From assembly GCA_035221665.1 (NCBI GenBank), contig CM069159.1, positions 27,838,001 through 27,902,000 on the forward strand: 64,000 nt of DNA, given 5' to 3'. Each line of letters begins with the position of its first letter. Position 1 is the first letter of the stretch. Below are positions 11,359-22,848 of the stretch, piece after piece. A program made the translations under genes and the position numbers. The stretch is from Okamejei kenojei. Taxonomy: Eukaryota. Below the pieces are notes generated by a model that saw only the letters and a program-made list of their open reading frames with translations, was not told where the DNA came from and made no database searches.

Positions 11359-12304
11359 CGTGCCCTCCCCCTACCCACCCTCTATTATACAGATCAACTG
11401 GGTAATTTAGTTCTTTATTTGTTTTTCTTTTACTATTATTTATTTCAATCGTTGTGTTTTTTCTGTGAATCCACACCGCTGCTTTGAAGAATGTCGCGCA
11501 TGCGTGCTGATCGGGTCATCAGAAATCCCTCATCGTAACTCCCATAAAATACAGGATCAAACTTCGAACTTGTAAGTGTTTCTCATTTAATCTGACTATT
11601 TTGAGCTGCAGTGATAACTATTTGCTGATTTTTTGGCAACATTTTACAAAACCTTTCACTGCTGTTTATTTTTTTTTTTTTTCCTTAAGGGGATGCATGT
11701 AGCAATCCTATTCCATGATTAGTTTTTAATCTGAGCGAATTCTCCAGTAATCTGTGACACGTTGCAGAGAGGCTTCTTGCGGAGAGTTCCTTGACAAGGT
11801 CTAGGCTCAAAACACCTCCAGAGATTGGGAAGCATTATCAAGTTAAATTGACTGCACAACTACTCCTGGATGTTTTAAGCACTGGCCTGACCAAATAGGT
11901 GCAGAAGCTAGCCTGCATACAATCAGCTTGGTGTGACAGCATCCTCAATGGAGATCTCTGGAGGAAGGGATGATTCAAATGGGGTCACTCACCAATTTTC
12001 AAGAAAATTATCTCTCTGGTGGACAAAACTGAGTAGGGATCGCTCTGTGTCCTGAATAATACTACACTGTAAATGGATCGATTGTAATCATGTATTGTCT
12101 TTCTGCTGACTGGTTAGCACACAACAAAATCTTTTCACTGTACCTTGATACACGTGACCATAAACTAAACTGAAACTGGAAAAACTACTATGCACCATAT
12201 TACACACAACTCTCTGAAATAAAAGAATCTAACCCACAGGTCCAAAAAACTTAAGGAATATACCAGCAATTTTTAGAAGATTGTCTTGCATGGGACTGCA
12301 CTAT

Positions 12305-12570
12305 ATTTAGTTTGCCGATACAGTGTGGAAACGGGACCTGCGGCCCAGCGAGTACAACGCATCGGCCATGGATTACCCGTACACGAGGGGCAGTTTACGG
12401 AAGCCAAATCTGCACGTCTTTTGAATGTGAGAAGAAACTGTAGCACCCAGAGAAAACCTATGTGGTCACAGGTAGAATGTACAAATTCCGTACGGAATTC
12501 TGCATCTGTAATCAGGATTGAACCCGGGTCTCTGGCGTTGTGAGGCAGCAACTCTACTGCTGTGCCGTAT
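12305..12570 (-). mobile_element. V-SINE copy
   Basis: tttagttt...gatacagtgtggaaac tail and gaacccgggtctctggcgttgtgaggcagcaactctactgctgtgcc head (reverse complement). Confidence 0.85.
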
Positions 12571-13219
12571 AACGTTCCACTAATTTACATGCGTATAATC
12601 GAATATAAAGTGTTAGGCACAGAAAATGCTGTATTAGCTCAACGTATCAGGCGGTGTCTGTGGGGAAAGAAACAGAGTTCATATTTTATAAGGATACATG
12701 GAACCAGGTGCTGGTTTAAAGTAAAAGGCGGTGCTGGAGTATTTCAGTGGGTTATGCAGCATCTCTGGAGAACATGGCTAGGTGACGTTTCAGGTCAGAG
12801 CATGTCTTATTTTAATACTTCATATGATGATTTCTCATCAGCATTTTCCATATTTCAGATTTGCAGCATCTGGATTTATTTGCTTTAAGACCAAGTTGTC
12901 ACTCAATCGCGACCATCAAATAGGCCAAAATCGCAGAGACAATCCCTTTATCAAAGCACATTGTAGCCTTGGCATTGAGCTTCACAGCAAGCTCCTCATA
13001 CTACTTGTGGAAAAGGAGGAGATTACACAAATTGTTGTCAAACCTATTCACCACCGTTTGTCATCTAACATAAAACACTACAGAATGCAGAAACATGGAA
13101 CCGCAGATGCTGATTTACCAAGGATAGTTACAAAATGCTGGAGTAGCTCAGCGGGTCAGGCCGGATCCATGGAGAACATGGATAGGTGACGTTTCAAGGC
13201 GGGACCCTTCTTCATTGTA

Positions 13220-13600
13220 AAACAGTACAGCACAGGAACCAGTCCTTCAGCCCATGATGTTACTGTTGAACATGGCGCCAAGTTAAACGTATCTCCTTTG
13301 CCAGCACATGATCCATATCCTCCCATTCCCTGCATATCCCTACGAAAAAAACCTCCTAAATGCCACTATTGTATCTGCTTCCAATACCAACCCTGGCAGT
13401 GCTGTCCAAGCACCCACCAACCCCTGCATAAAAACATGCCCCGCCAATCTCCTTTAAACTTTCCTCTCACCTTAAACCTGTGCTCTCGAGTTGTTCATAT
13501 TTCCACCTTGGGAAAACAATTCTAAGATCCTATCCTGTTAAAGCCTCTCAGAAATTTGGAAACTTTTATCAGGTTTCCCTTTAGCCTCTGACGCTCCAGA
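13220..13600 (-). mobile_element. CR1 LINE 3' fragment
   Basis: ctctcaccttaaacctgtgctctc, tgtatctgcttcca and related antisense CR1 motifs. Confidence 0.7.
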
Positions 13601-14514
13601 GAATTGAATGTATTAAAATTCGGCCTCCACAGATAGAAATTTCCAAGACGAGAAATTCTTTCGCTTCAAAACATATTCACAGAGTTGTTCAGCACAGAAA
13701 CATACCCTTTAGTCCAACTCATCCGTGCGACCAAAATTCCCCCCATCTAACCTAATCGCATTTGGCCTCGTTTGCCCCATATCCATCTTAACTGGAGAAT
13801 CCCTTCATTTGACGGTATGGTCCCAGGGTGTCTCCCCTTCAGGAAATATCAAAACATGGAAAATTGTCTGAATTTCACACCCCCCCCCCCCCCCCACCTT
13901 TGCATCAACCCAAAGAACTGAACCATGCACAGAAGTTAGAGATTGCCTCAAAGGCATTCTCTAAACATCTACAATTTCAAGGTCTCTCAGCGCCTTTATG
14001 ATTGAGCACACATCACCTCCAATATGTAGCCCTAACTTGCTAAGCCTTTCCTCGTAAGGCTACACTGCAGGAATCAATCATCTCCCAACTACCTCCAATG
14101 AAAACATATTGGAGACCTGAACTACATGCAATACTGCAGGGAGAGTTACAACAGCATCCTGTACTGTTGTAGCAAGATTTATACTCCATACCCACTTGCA
14201 ATAAAAAACAATATTCCATTTAACGTCCAAATTACTTGCTTCACCTGCTGGATAATTTGATGTTTTCGTGTACTGGGAGTTTCAGATATCTTGGTATAAC
14301 AGCACTCTCTTGTCTCGCTATACTTTAGCAATATTCCACGTTTCTGTTCTGCCCAGATTGAATCCCATCTGACAAACCTTTATCCACATGTTTAACCGTG
14401 CTCTTTACCTTCAGAGACTCTCCTTGCCCTCTGCACACCTCTGCACTCCAAACCCACAGTGGCTTGCTTGACTGACTGCAATGCACTTGGATCCTGCATC
14501 TGCATTTTAATGGG

Positions 14515-14810
14515 CCGCACGGTAGCACAGCGGTAGAGTTGCTGCCTTACATTGTTTTTAGCGCCAGAGACCCGGGTTCGATCCCGACTACGGGTGCTAT
14601 CTGTAATAGAGTATTACGTTCTCCCCGTGACCGCATGGGTTTTCTCCGAGATCCTCGGTTTCCTCCCACAAGCCAAAGAAGTACAGGTTTGTAGGTTAAT
14701 TGGCTTGGTATAAATGTAACTTGTCCCAAGTGTGTGGGATCGATTAATGTTCGAGAATCGCTGGTCGGCATGAACTCGGTGGGCCGAAGGGCTGTTTCAC
14801 AAAACTAAAA
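14515..14810 (+). mobile_element. V-SINE copy
   Basis: cacggtagcacagcggtagagttgctgcc head, gggttcgatccc B box, V-domain, gggccgaagggc tail. Confidence 0.9.
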
Positions 14811-14884
14811 ACCTGTCTTTAACGTAGTTTGTAAATAGCCAAAACTATTTGGGTTCCAAATAGTTACAGCAAGTCTGTTGAAGA

Positions 14885-15240
14885 CTGGCCTGGATAGATT
14901 GGATGTAGAGAGGATGATTCGATTAGTGGGAGAGTCTAGGACCAGACGCCATAGCCTAAGAATAAAAGGACATGAGGAGCAAATTAGAAAGGAGATGAGG
15001 AGGAATTTCTTTAGACGGTGTGAATCCGTGGAATTCTTTGCTACGAAGGCTGTGGAGGACAAGACAATGGATATTTTTAAGGTGAAGATTGATAGGTTCT
15101 TGACTAGTAAGGGTGTCAAGGGTTATGGGGAGAAGGCAGTAGAATGGGGTTGAGAGGGAAAGATGGATCAGCCATAATTGAGTGGCAGAGTAGACTTGAT
15201 GGGCCGAATGGCCTAATTCTGCTCCTAGAACTTATGAACA
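14885..15240 (+). mobile_element. CR1 LINE 3' fragment
   Basis: GLDRLDVERM...GESRTRRHSLRIKG...GYGEKAVEWG-stop, then a 3'UTR with gggccgaatggcct. Confidence 0.85.
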
Positions 15241-15829
15241 TAAAGAATGGCCCAATTTATTCTGGCCCTCCATTTATGTTCGCCAATCCTCCATCCATGT
15301 TAGGATTTTATTCACAGTCATGAGCTCCTATCTCCATTTAAGTGGCACCTTAATAAATCCAAATAAATACATGGCAGTCTCCGGGTTAATGAAGATACTA
15401 TTGCTGAGAATTGCCTGTAAGTCAAAGTCTCTGAAAATCCGCAATGTCTATTTTCCCATTAGTGCCCGTATCATTTTGCTCTACACTTCCTATAATTTAA
15501 TTTGATCAAATAATCACCATCACACTAAACTAAAGGAATATGTACAGTATCCAGTGATTGACATACTGTATATCATGAAATATTTTCCTAGTCCTTATTA
15601 CTCGCTTTCGAAATACTCGATAAAGCTATGGGAGAATGTGTGTGGTTGGATTTTCTTTGATCAGGGCAGAGGTAATACAGAGATGCTGTACCAAACACCT
15701 TTATTCACCCTGGTTGTTGCATTCTCATTTAACTGTGATGATTTTATCAAAATGTTATATTCCTTTCATGAAACTGTGTTGACTTCGCTTAAAGGAGGTT
15801 ACAGAGAGCGGTAGACTATGGGGTAGAGA

Positions 15830-16620
15830 GTGGTAGACAATATCACGGGTACTGACCACCCCCCCCCCCCCCCCCCCCCCCCCACCCACCCACCCACCGT
15901 GGAATGCATCTACAGGAGGCACTGCCTCAAAAAGTCAGCCGGTATCATAATAGACCCACACCACCCTGACCACGCTCTCAGCTCGCTGCTACCATTTGGC
16001 CTGAGACTGTGACCTCCAGGTTTAAGAACGGCTTCTCCCCAGCAACCATCAAGTTTTTAAACACTGCACAACACCAACCTCAGCAAGTGATCTTCTATAG
16101 ACTGTGTCTTTGACAATAGACAATAGGTGCAGGAGTAGGCCATTTGGCCCTTCGAACCAGCACCGCCATTCAATGTGATCATGGCTGATCGTCCCCAATC
16201 AGTACCCCGTTCCTGCCTTCTCCCCATATCCCCTGACTCCGCTATTTTTAGGAGCCCTATCTAGCTCTCTCTTGAAAGCATCCCGAGAACCTGCCTCCAC
16301 CGCCCTCTGAGGCAGAGAATACCACAGGCTCACTGGATGCACTGCAGACTTTGGTTTTGCACAATTATGGTAACCTTGGTTGTTACTATTATTAATTTAT
16401 TGCATTATTGATTATTATATATTATCTGTGTTATTCACAGAGTCATGAGCTCTTTTCCCTTTTTTAAGTGAATCCAAATAAATACAGGCAGTGAAGGTTC
16501 TCTTACTGAGATTTGCCCAATAATTGTGTTTTTGGGTCTGTTAAACTGCAGCAAGTGAGAATTTCATTATTCTGTTGCTGGTACATATGATCATTAAAAA
16601 ATCTTGACTCTCTTGACTCC
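15830..16620 (+). mobile_element. Rex1/Babar-like LINE 3' fragment interrupted by an antisense CR1 end (~16110-16335)
   Basis: IYRRHCLKKSAGIIIDPHHPDHALSSLLP (Rex1-like C-terminus) and (tcttgac)n tail; the nested piece starts gacaatagacaataggtgcagg. Confidence 0.65.
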
Positions 16621-16969
16621 TTTTCCTTAATAATGAATTTGAGCATTTTCATAACAGCTGCCTCACCCGACGGTTTCTTGCGCTCTATATACTTGTTTAA
16701 ATCAAGTCATTGCATCTGCAGTTTTCCAGCCCAAAGGGATCTTCCCAGAAACTAGGGAATTTTGTAAAATCACAACCGAAGCATCCATTAACTCTTCGCC
16801 AATTTCTTTTAAGATCCTAGATTTAAAGGCACGGGTCCAGGTAAGTTATCGGTGGACAGGTCGATGAATTTTGTCTGCACCATCTCTCTGTTAACAGTGA
16901 TTGCTTAAAGATTGTTGGTAATAGAAGGCCTGGCAGTCCACGGACGGAGAGCTAGGAAGCAGCATCAAC

Positions 16970-17475
16970 AGTGGTGCAGCTTCTAGAGCCGCTGCCTCAA
17001 AGCACCAGGGACCCGGGTTTGATCCTGACCTCTGCTGCTGATTGAGCGGAGTTTGCATAAACTCCCTGTGACCGTGTGGGTTTCCGCTGGGTGCTCTGGT
17101 TTCCTTCCATATCCCACAGATGGTTGGTAGGTTTGTAGGTAAATTGCCCCCCTGTAAATTGCCCCTACATGTGGTTTACAGAAAAAGCACTTTGTGTCTT
17201 TTTCTGTAAACCACCATCCGCAGTTCCTTGTGCCTCCAAATTATGAATTGTGCCTCCTTTGTCATTGTGGAAAAGATACCTCTCCATGGTATCTTTTATA
17301 GCTTCACTATGTCTTTTGAACTTGGAACCTTTGAACTGAATACAGAAAATGCTGGAAACCCTCAGCTGGTCAGGCAGCATCTGCGGGAAGAGAAATCGAA
17401 TCTTGTAAACGGATGATCGGTGGTTGGCCTGGACTTGGTGGGCCAAAGGGCCTGTTTCCATACTGTCTTTCAATC
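16970..17475 (+). mobile_element. V-SINE copy interrupted by a ~215-bp insertion
   Basis: Head and V-domain 16970-17170, tail 17400-17475, foreign block between. Confidence 0.75.
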
Positions 17476-18309
17476 GGATAAACGTTTTAGGCTTGCGCAC
17501 ACGCAATGGGCTGAATGGTTTTCTTCTGCACCTGCTTTGGGTTAATGCAAAACTCAGAAAACTCAGACAACTTTCTCCCACTAATTTAGTCAACATTTTG
17601 ACATTTCCCAACAGACAGAACACCCTGGGGGCAGATCTCCTGCATTGTATTATATCATACAACAGTCCTGTCATGGTAAAACAACATGTCATCTAACTCA
17701 CCAGACACACTGTCAGAGGACATCTACCAATGGTTAACTTAATTACTTTCACTTCTCAGACCCCCATAGATATTTTGTGTTATTATTTACTTCTTATTCT
17801 TCTCAAAGCCTGTTTTAATTCTTTTTTAATCTTCATTTTCAGAATAAGGGCTGTGGCAGACCAAGTAAGCCGCCGGTACTGTTGGCTCAGCTGTAAGTTA
17901 ATCAAAGCCATTTTGAGAAAACAAATGTGGTTCTAAAGTGATCGGTGTAGTTGTACAAGCAATCTGCTGGCCACAAGCCTGAGCCCACGACTGACGACTC
18001 CCTTTGTGTGTCAACCTCCGCTTGTTTTGCTTTGGAGGCAGCAGCAATTGGCATGTGTGGTGATGGTTTGTCGTTCGTTAGCGTTGAGACCGGCAAGTCA
18101 GGACAGTAGGCAGCACACAAACACTGACACGAACTTTCACATATTGTGAGAAGAGACCATAATTAGTACAGCACACTTTACATTCATTGGAGAGGCGTAA
18201 CATCACTTATGCATGTGTTGGACCTAATAAAGGGACTAGATAAATCTCCCATTTATAATCAAGCTCCTGTTAAGAAAATCCCAGCTTCAATGTTAGAAAA
18301 CTTAGCTTG

Positions 18310-19000
18310 AGCTATAGTGAGAGGTTGTGCAGGGTAGGATTTTATTCCTTGGAGCACGGCAGGCTGAGGGATGATCTTATTGAGGTGTATAAAGTCATGA
18401 GGGGATTAGATAGGGTGTATGCACAGAGTCTTTACCCAGAGTAGAGGAATTAAGAACCACAGGACAAAGGTTTAAGGTGAGAGGGGAAAGATTGAATGGG
18501 AAACATTTTCACACATAGGGTGGTGGGTATATAGAACAAGCTGGCAGAAGAGTAGTTGAGGAAGGTACAATAACATAATTTAGTTTAGTCTAGAGATACA
18601 GCGTGGAATCAGGCTCTTCGGCCCACCAAGTCCATGCTGACCAACAATCCCTGTACACTTTCACTATCCAACACACTAAGGACAATTTGCATTTTTTACC
18701 GAAATCAATTAATCTGCAAACCTGTGGGATGTGGGAGGAAACCGGAGCTCCAAGAGAAAACCAACGCAGTCACGGGGAGAACGTACAAACTCCGTACAGA
18801 CACCGCACGTAGTCAGGATCGAACCCGGGACTCTGATGCTGTAAGGCAGCAATTCTACCTCAGCCACTGTGCATCTTTAAAAAACATATTTAGACACGTA
18901 CATGGATAGGAAAGGCTTAGATAATGGGCCAAATGCATGCAAATGGGACTGGCGTAGATGATCAGGCCATGATGAGTTGGGTCCGTTTCCATGCTGTGTG
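18310..19000 (+). mobile_element. CR1 3' fragment with nested antisense V-SINE (~18578-18872)
   Basis: gagctatag...tattccttggagc...ggtttaaggtgagagggg CR1 motifs resume after the SINE. Confidence 0.75.
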
Positions 19001-20384
19001 ACTGTGACACCGTTGACATTCTGAATTTCCCTGCACTTTTACTCCTCCTGCTGAATATTTTCACCAGACCCGTCAGGAGCGTTGTGTGGTGTGGGCATGC
19101 TGATGGAATTCGTATCACTATTCCTCAAGGGAACCGTCATCAGGAGAGGCTGGTGTCCATCTTGTCACGTCACCATGACTTCTTTTAATTTACAATCCAC
19201 TTCTCACCATGGGTGATTACAAGCTGCCGATGATCTATTAGCCCAGGAAACTGTAACTCTCAAAATTGCCAGAAGCATCAAAGCTTGCCCCACAGCTCTG
19301 GGTTTCAATCTGGAGTGTAGCCCATACTAATGGATGAAGGCCTTCCTCTGCAAACCATTTGCAATTAATATTTTAATATAATGAACAGCTCAACTTTTCC
19401 AACAATGTTTCCAGCAACCAATCTAAAACTCTCTGACCTAAATTTCAACCAGTTAATTATGTTGGACCCAAAATTCTCACGGGTCTTGCCCGGACCTAAT
19501 GAATCATCGTTCCGTGACTCCCAAAATTAAACTGCACAAGTTTCATCCAGTTAATCAAATGGGCACAAAGTCATGGTTCACTGCTATTTACTCCTGATAG
19601 ACAATGGAAAAACCATCGACTGCATATGTAGGAAGGAACCGCAGATGCTGGTTCAATCCGAAGACAGGCGCAAAAAGATGGAGTAATTCAGCGGGTCAGG
19701 AAGCATCTCGGGTGAAAAGGAATAGGTGACGTTTCAGGTCGAGTCCTTTCTTCACACAGGGGAAAGGGAAACAAGAGATATAGATGGTGATATAGAGAGA
19801 TATAGAACAGATGAATGACAAGACTACATCTTCAATACCCTGGGAGTCATAAACTCAAAATGTGCCAGCCCAATAGATATCGTGACTACGAGATCTATAA
19901 ATAGGCCCAAGCTCAAGTTCACTGGAGCTTTGTGACCAATCATCATGGAATGAAGGGTGGTGAATCTTTGGAATTCTTTGCCACAGAAGGGTGCGGAGGT
20001 CAGGTCAGTGGACATATAGCAGAAATAGATAGATTATTGATTAGTACGGGTGTCAGAGGTTTTGAGGAGAAGGCAGAAGAATGGGGTTAGGAGGGAGAGA
20101 TAGATCAGACATGATTGAATGGCGTAGACGTGATGGGCTGAATGGCCTCATTCTATTTCTATCATTTATGACCTTGTGAATATAGAACAGTTGAGCACAG
20201 GATCGGGCCCTTCAGTCCACTGTGTCTGTACTGAACATGGTGCTAAAGTAAACTAACCTCTTTTGATGCCCGTGATCCATCAGGATGAAACGAAGAGCAA
20301 GGAGATTAATGCTGCTCTATCCTGACCTACAATTCCCAACTATAACCATAGCATTTGCTTCTTCATTCTATTACCACCTTCAGC

Positions 20385-20790
20385 ATGATGAGCATTTGAT
20401 GACAGTGGGCCTGTACTCGATGGAGTTTAGAAGGATGAGGGGTCTCCTCATTGAAACTTACCGAATAGTGAAAGGCCTGGATTGAGTGGATGTGAAGAAG
20501 ATGTTTCCACTACTGGGAGATTCTAGGACAAGAGGCCATAGCTTCAGAATAAAACGTATAGAAAGGTGGTGAGGAGAAATTTCTTTAGAGTGGCCAATCT
20601 GTAGAATTCATTGCCAGTGGATATTTTTAAGGTGGAGATTGATAGATTCTTGATTAGCTCGGGTGTCAGGGGTTATGTGGAGAAGGCAGGAGAATGGTGT
20701 TGAGAGGGAAAGATAGAGCAGCCATGATTGATTGATGGAGTAGAATTGATGGAACTAATGGCCTAATTCTGCACATATAACTAATGGACT
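20385..20790 (+). mobile_element. CR1 LINE 3' fragment
   Basis: GLYSMEFRRMRGLLIETYRIVKGLD and the 3'UTR. Confidence 0.8.
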
Positions 20791-21029
20791 GAATACGGCA
20801 TTGTACTCCCTACAGCTTTCCTTTACAATAATTGGAATAATAATTCTGCACATTGAAATTAAACTGATTACATAGTGCACCACTTCATTTTCATATCCAA
20901 GCATATGATGGGATTATTTAATTTTCACCTTTCTTTGTGTTAAAACTTGAAAGTGGAACATTTGAGAAATGAAAGGTTTGCTCCTCATGCTGTATCATTA
21001 GTCTCCCATCCACAACATGACAGCAAAGA

Positions 21030-22070
21030 GCAGAACCCAAAGTGCTGGAGAACTCAGCGGGTCAGGCAGCACCTGTGGAGTGAATGGACAGAAGACGTTT
21101 CGGGTTGGGACCCTTCTTCGGGCTGATGGGGAATGAGGGAGAAAGCTGATAAAGAAAAGTGAGTGGAATAGAGGAAGGGGAAACGTTCTCCACCCACACC
21201 ATCTGATGAAAGGTCCCCACCCAAAACGTCATCTGTCCTTTGCCTCCACAGGTGGGGGGCAGGGCAAATCCTGGCAAGTGATGGGTGGATACGGGTGAGG
21301 TCGGTAGGTTTGGTCGACAGAAGGGGGGAGATAATGAGAAAGAATGGAGGTGAAGAAATAAAGATGTCTGATAAGGAGAGAAGACGCAGAGTGTGAAGAT
21401 TGAGGGAGGGGTATGGATGGAAAGAGACTGGGGGACGGAATAAATGGGAATATGAGACTGGAGGATGGGAGAAGAGTGTAGATCATGTGGGGAAGTACCA
21501 GGGTTACTGGGGTGGTGGGAGATGGTGGGAGAGATAGGTGTGCGTCTGGGTGAGAGGTACGGGGTGACGAATGGTGAAAGGGAGGGGGGAGAGGACCCCT
21601 CTCCCATCCTCCCCTAGTCCCATATTTATTTTTATCCTCTCTTTCCCCTCTCCCCAGTCCCCTTAAGGTCATAAAGTCATAAGGAATAGTAGAATTAGGC
21701 CATTCGGCCCATCAAGTCTACTCCATTTAACCATGGTTGATCTATCTCTCCCTCCTAACCACATACTCCTGCCTTCTCCCCATAACCTCTGACACCTGTA
21801 CTAATCAAGAATTGATTAGTCCCTTCCACCTACATCTTTCCCTCCAGCTTCACATTTAGCTCCTTCCTTATCTGCATTTTTTTTCTCTCCTTTCCACTGT
21901 CTCCATCCATCTGCTAATCATACACCCTAATCTGTATCCACCTATCATGGCCCAAACTTTGCTCCACCCCACCTATCTTTTCCAGCTTTCTCGCCCCTAG
22001 TCTGAAGAAGGGCCATGAACCAAAATGTCATCTGCCCATTCTCTCCATAGATGCTGCCTGACCCACCGAG
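21030..22070. mobile_element. Cluster of Penelope pLTR fragments in both orientations
   Basis: Hammerhead-like cores at ~21095 (-), ~21204 (+) and ~22002 (+); purine/pyrimidine-skewed pLTR body; nested CR1 end ~21665-21815. Confidence 0.65.
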
Positions 22071-22848
22071 TTTGGTTTAGTTTGGTTTAAAGGTACAGAA
22101 TGGAAACAGGCCCTTCGGCCCACCGCGCCGACCAGCGATCCCCGCACATTAACACTATCCTACACACACGCGGGACAATTTACATTTATACCAAGCCAAT
22201 TATACCTACAAACCTGTACGTCTTTGCAGTTTAGGATCGAATAGAAGATCTCGGAGAAAACCCACGCAGGTCATGGGGAGAAAGAACAAACTATTTAATG
22301 GCAATTTCTTAACTTTCCAATGTCCAATTTTTGACTGCCATTACTACTCAGAGATGTAGAAGAGATATAGCTTACGCACTCGCAGATGGTAAAACTAACT
22401 TAAGTCAGTTACTGTTGGTATATTATTGCCATGTCTAGATATTTCTTATTCCAATACAAATTGTAACTTTTCATTCTTACTAAATGTTTCATCCATGTCG
22501 TGTTGTGTGGCATCGTGTGGTAAAAACTGTTGTCTCATCCATCCCTCAAGGCCAAACTGACCAGCACCCTCTCTGTGGCTACACTAGCCTGCTCAGATGT
22601 CATCTGTCCATCTGGGTCATCTGTCCAGGATCTCAATTCCTCACACGCCCTTTGACGTATCAAATCGCACCCACAAGCATGCAAAAAGATACAGCTAGAA
22701 ATATCGAGACATGGCTATAAAAGACTAACAGTAACTAACTTAAGCATAAATGGCTCCTACAAACTCCGTACAGACAACACCCGTAGTCAGGGTTAAACCC
22801 GTGTCTCTGGTGCTGTGAGCCAGCACCTCTACCACAGTGCTGTCGCCA
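22071..22848 (-). mobile_element. V-SINE split by a 466-bp insertion (22293-22758)
   Basis: SINE tail and body 22071-22292, head 22759-22848; acaaact repeated at both junctions. Confidence 0.8.

Larger units (their letters stand above)
5409..11602 (+). mobile_element. DIRS-type tyrosine-recombinase retrotransposon (decayed, internally deleted, two nested insertions)
   Basis: T-rich termini (ttttatttcggagtcacgtga ... ctgactatttt); gag-like, RT (YLDD), RNase H, methyltransferase-like (YAFPPF) and YR (HSTR) remnants in DIRS order; internal complementary region at ~11235-11358. Confidence 0.9.

Noticed and set aside
11665-11990. Poly-T acceptor-like site followed by unique sequence
   Set aside because: No convincing donor or reading frame
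21062-21672. 181-aa and 147-aa Pro/Ser-rich ORFs
   Set aside because: They lie in pyrimidine-rich Penelope pLTR fragments; no domain motifs
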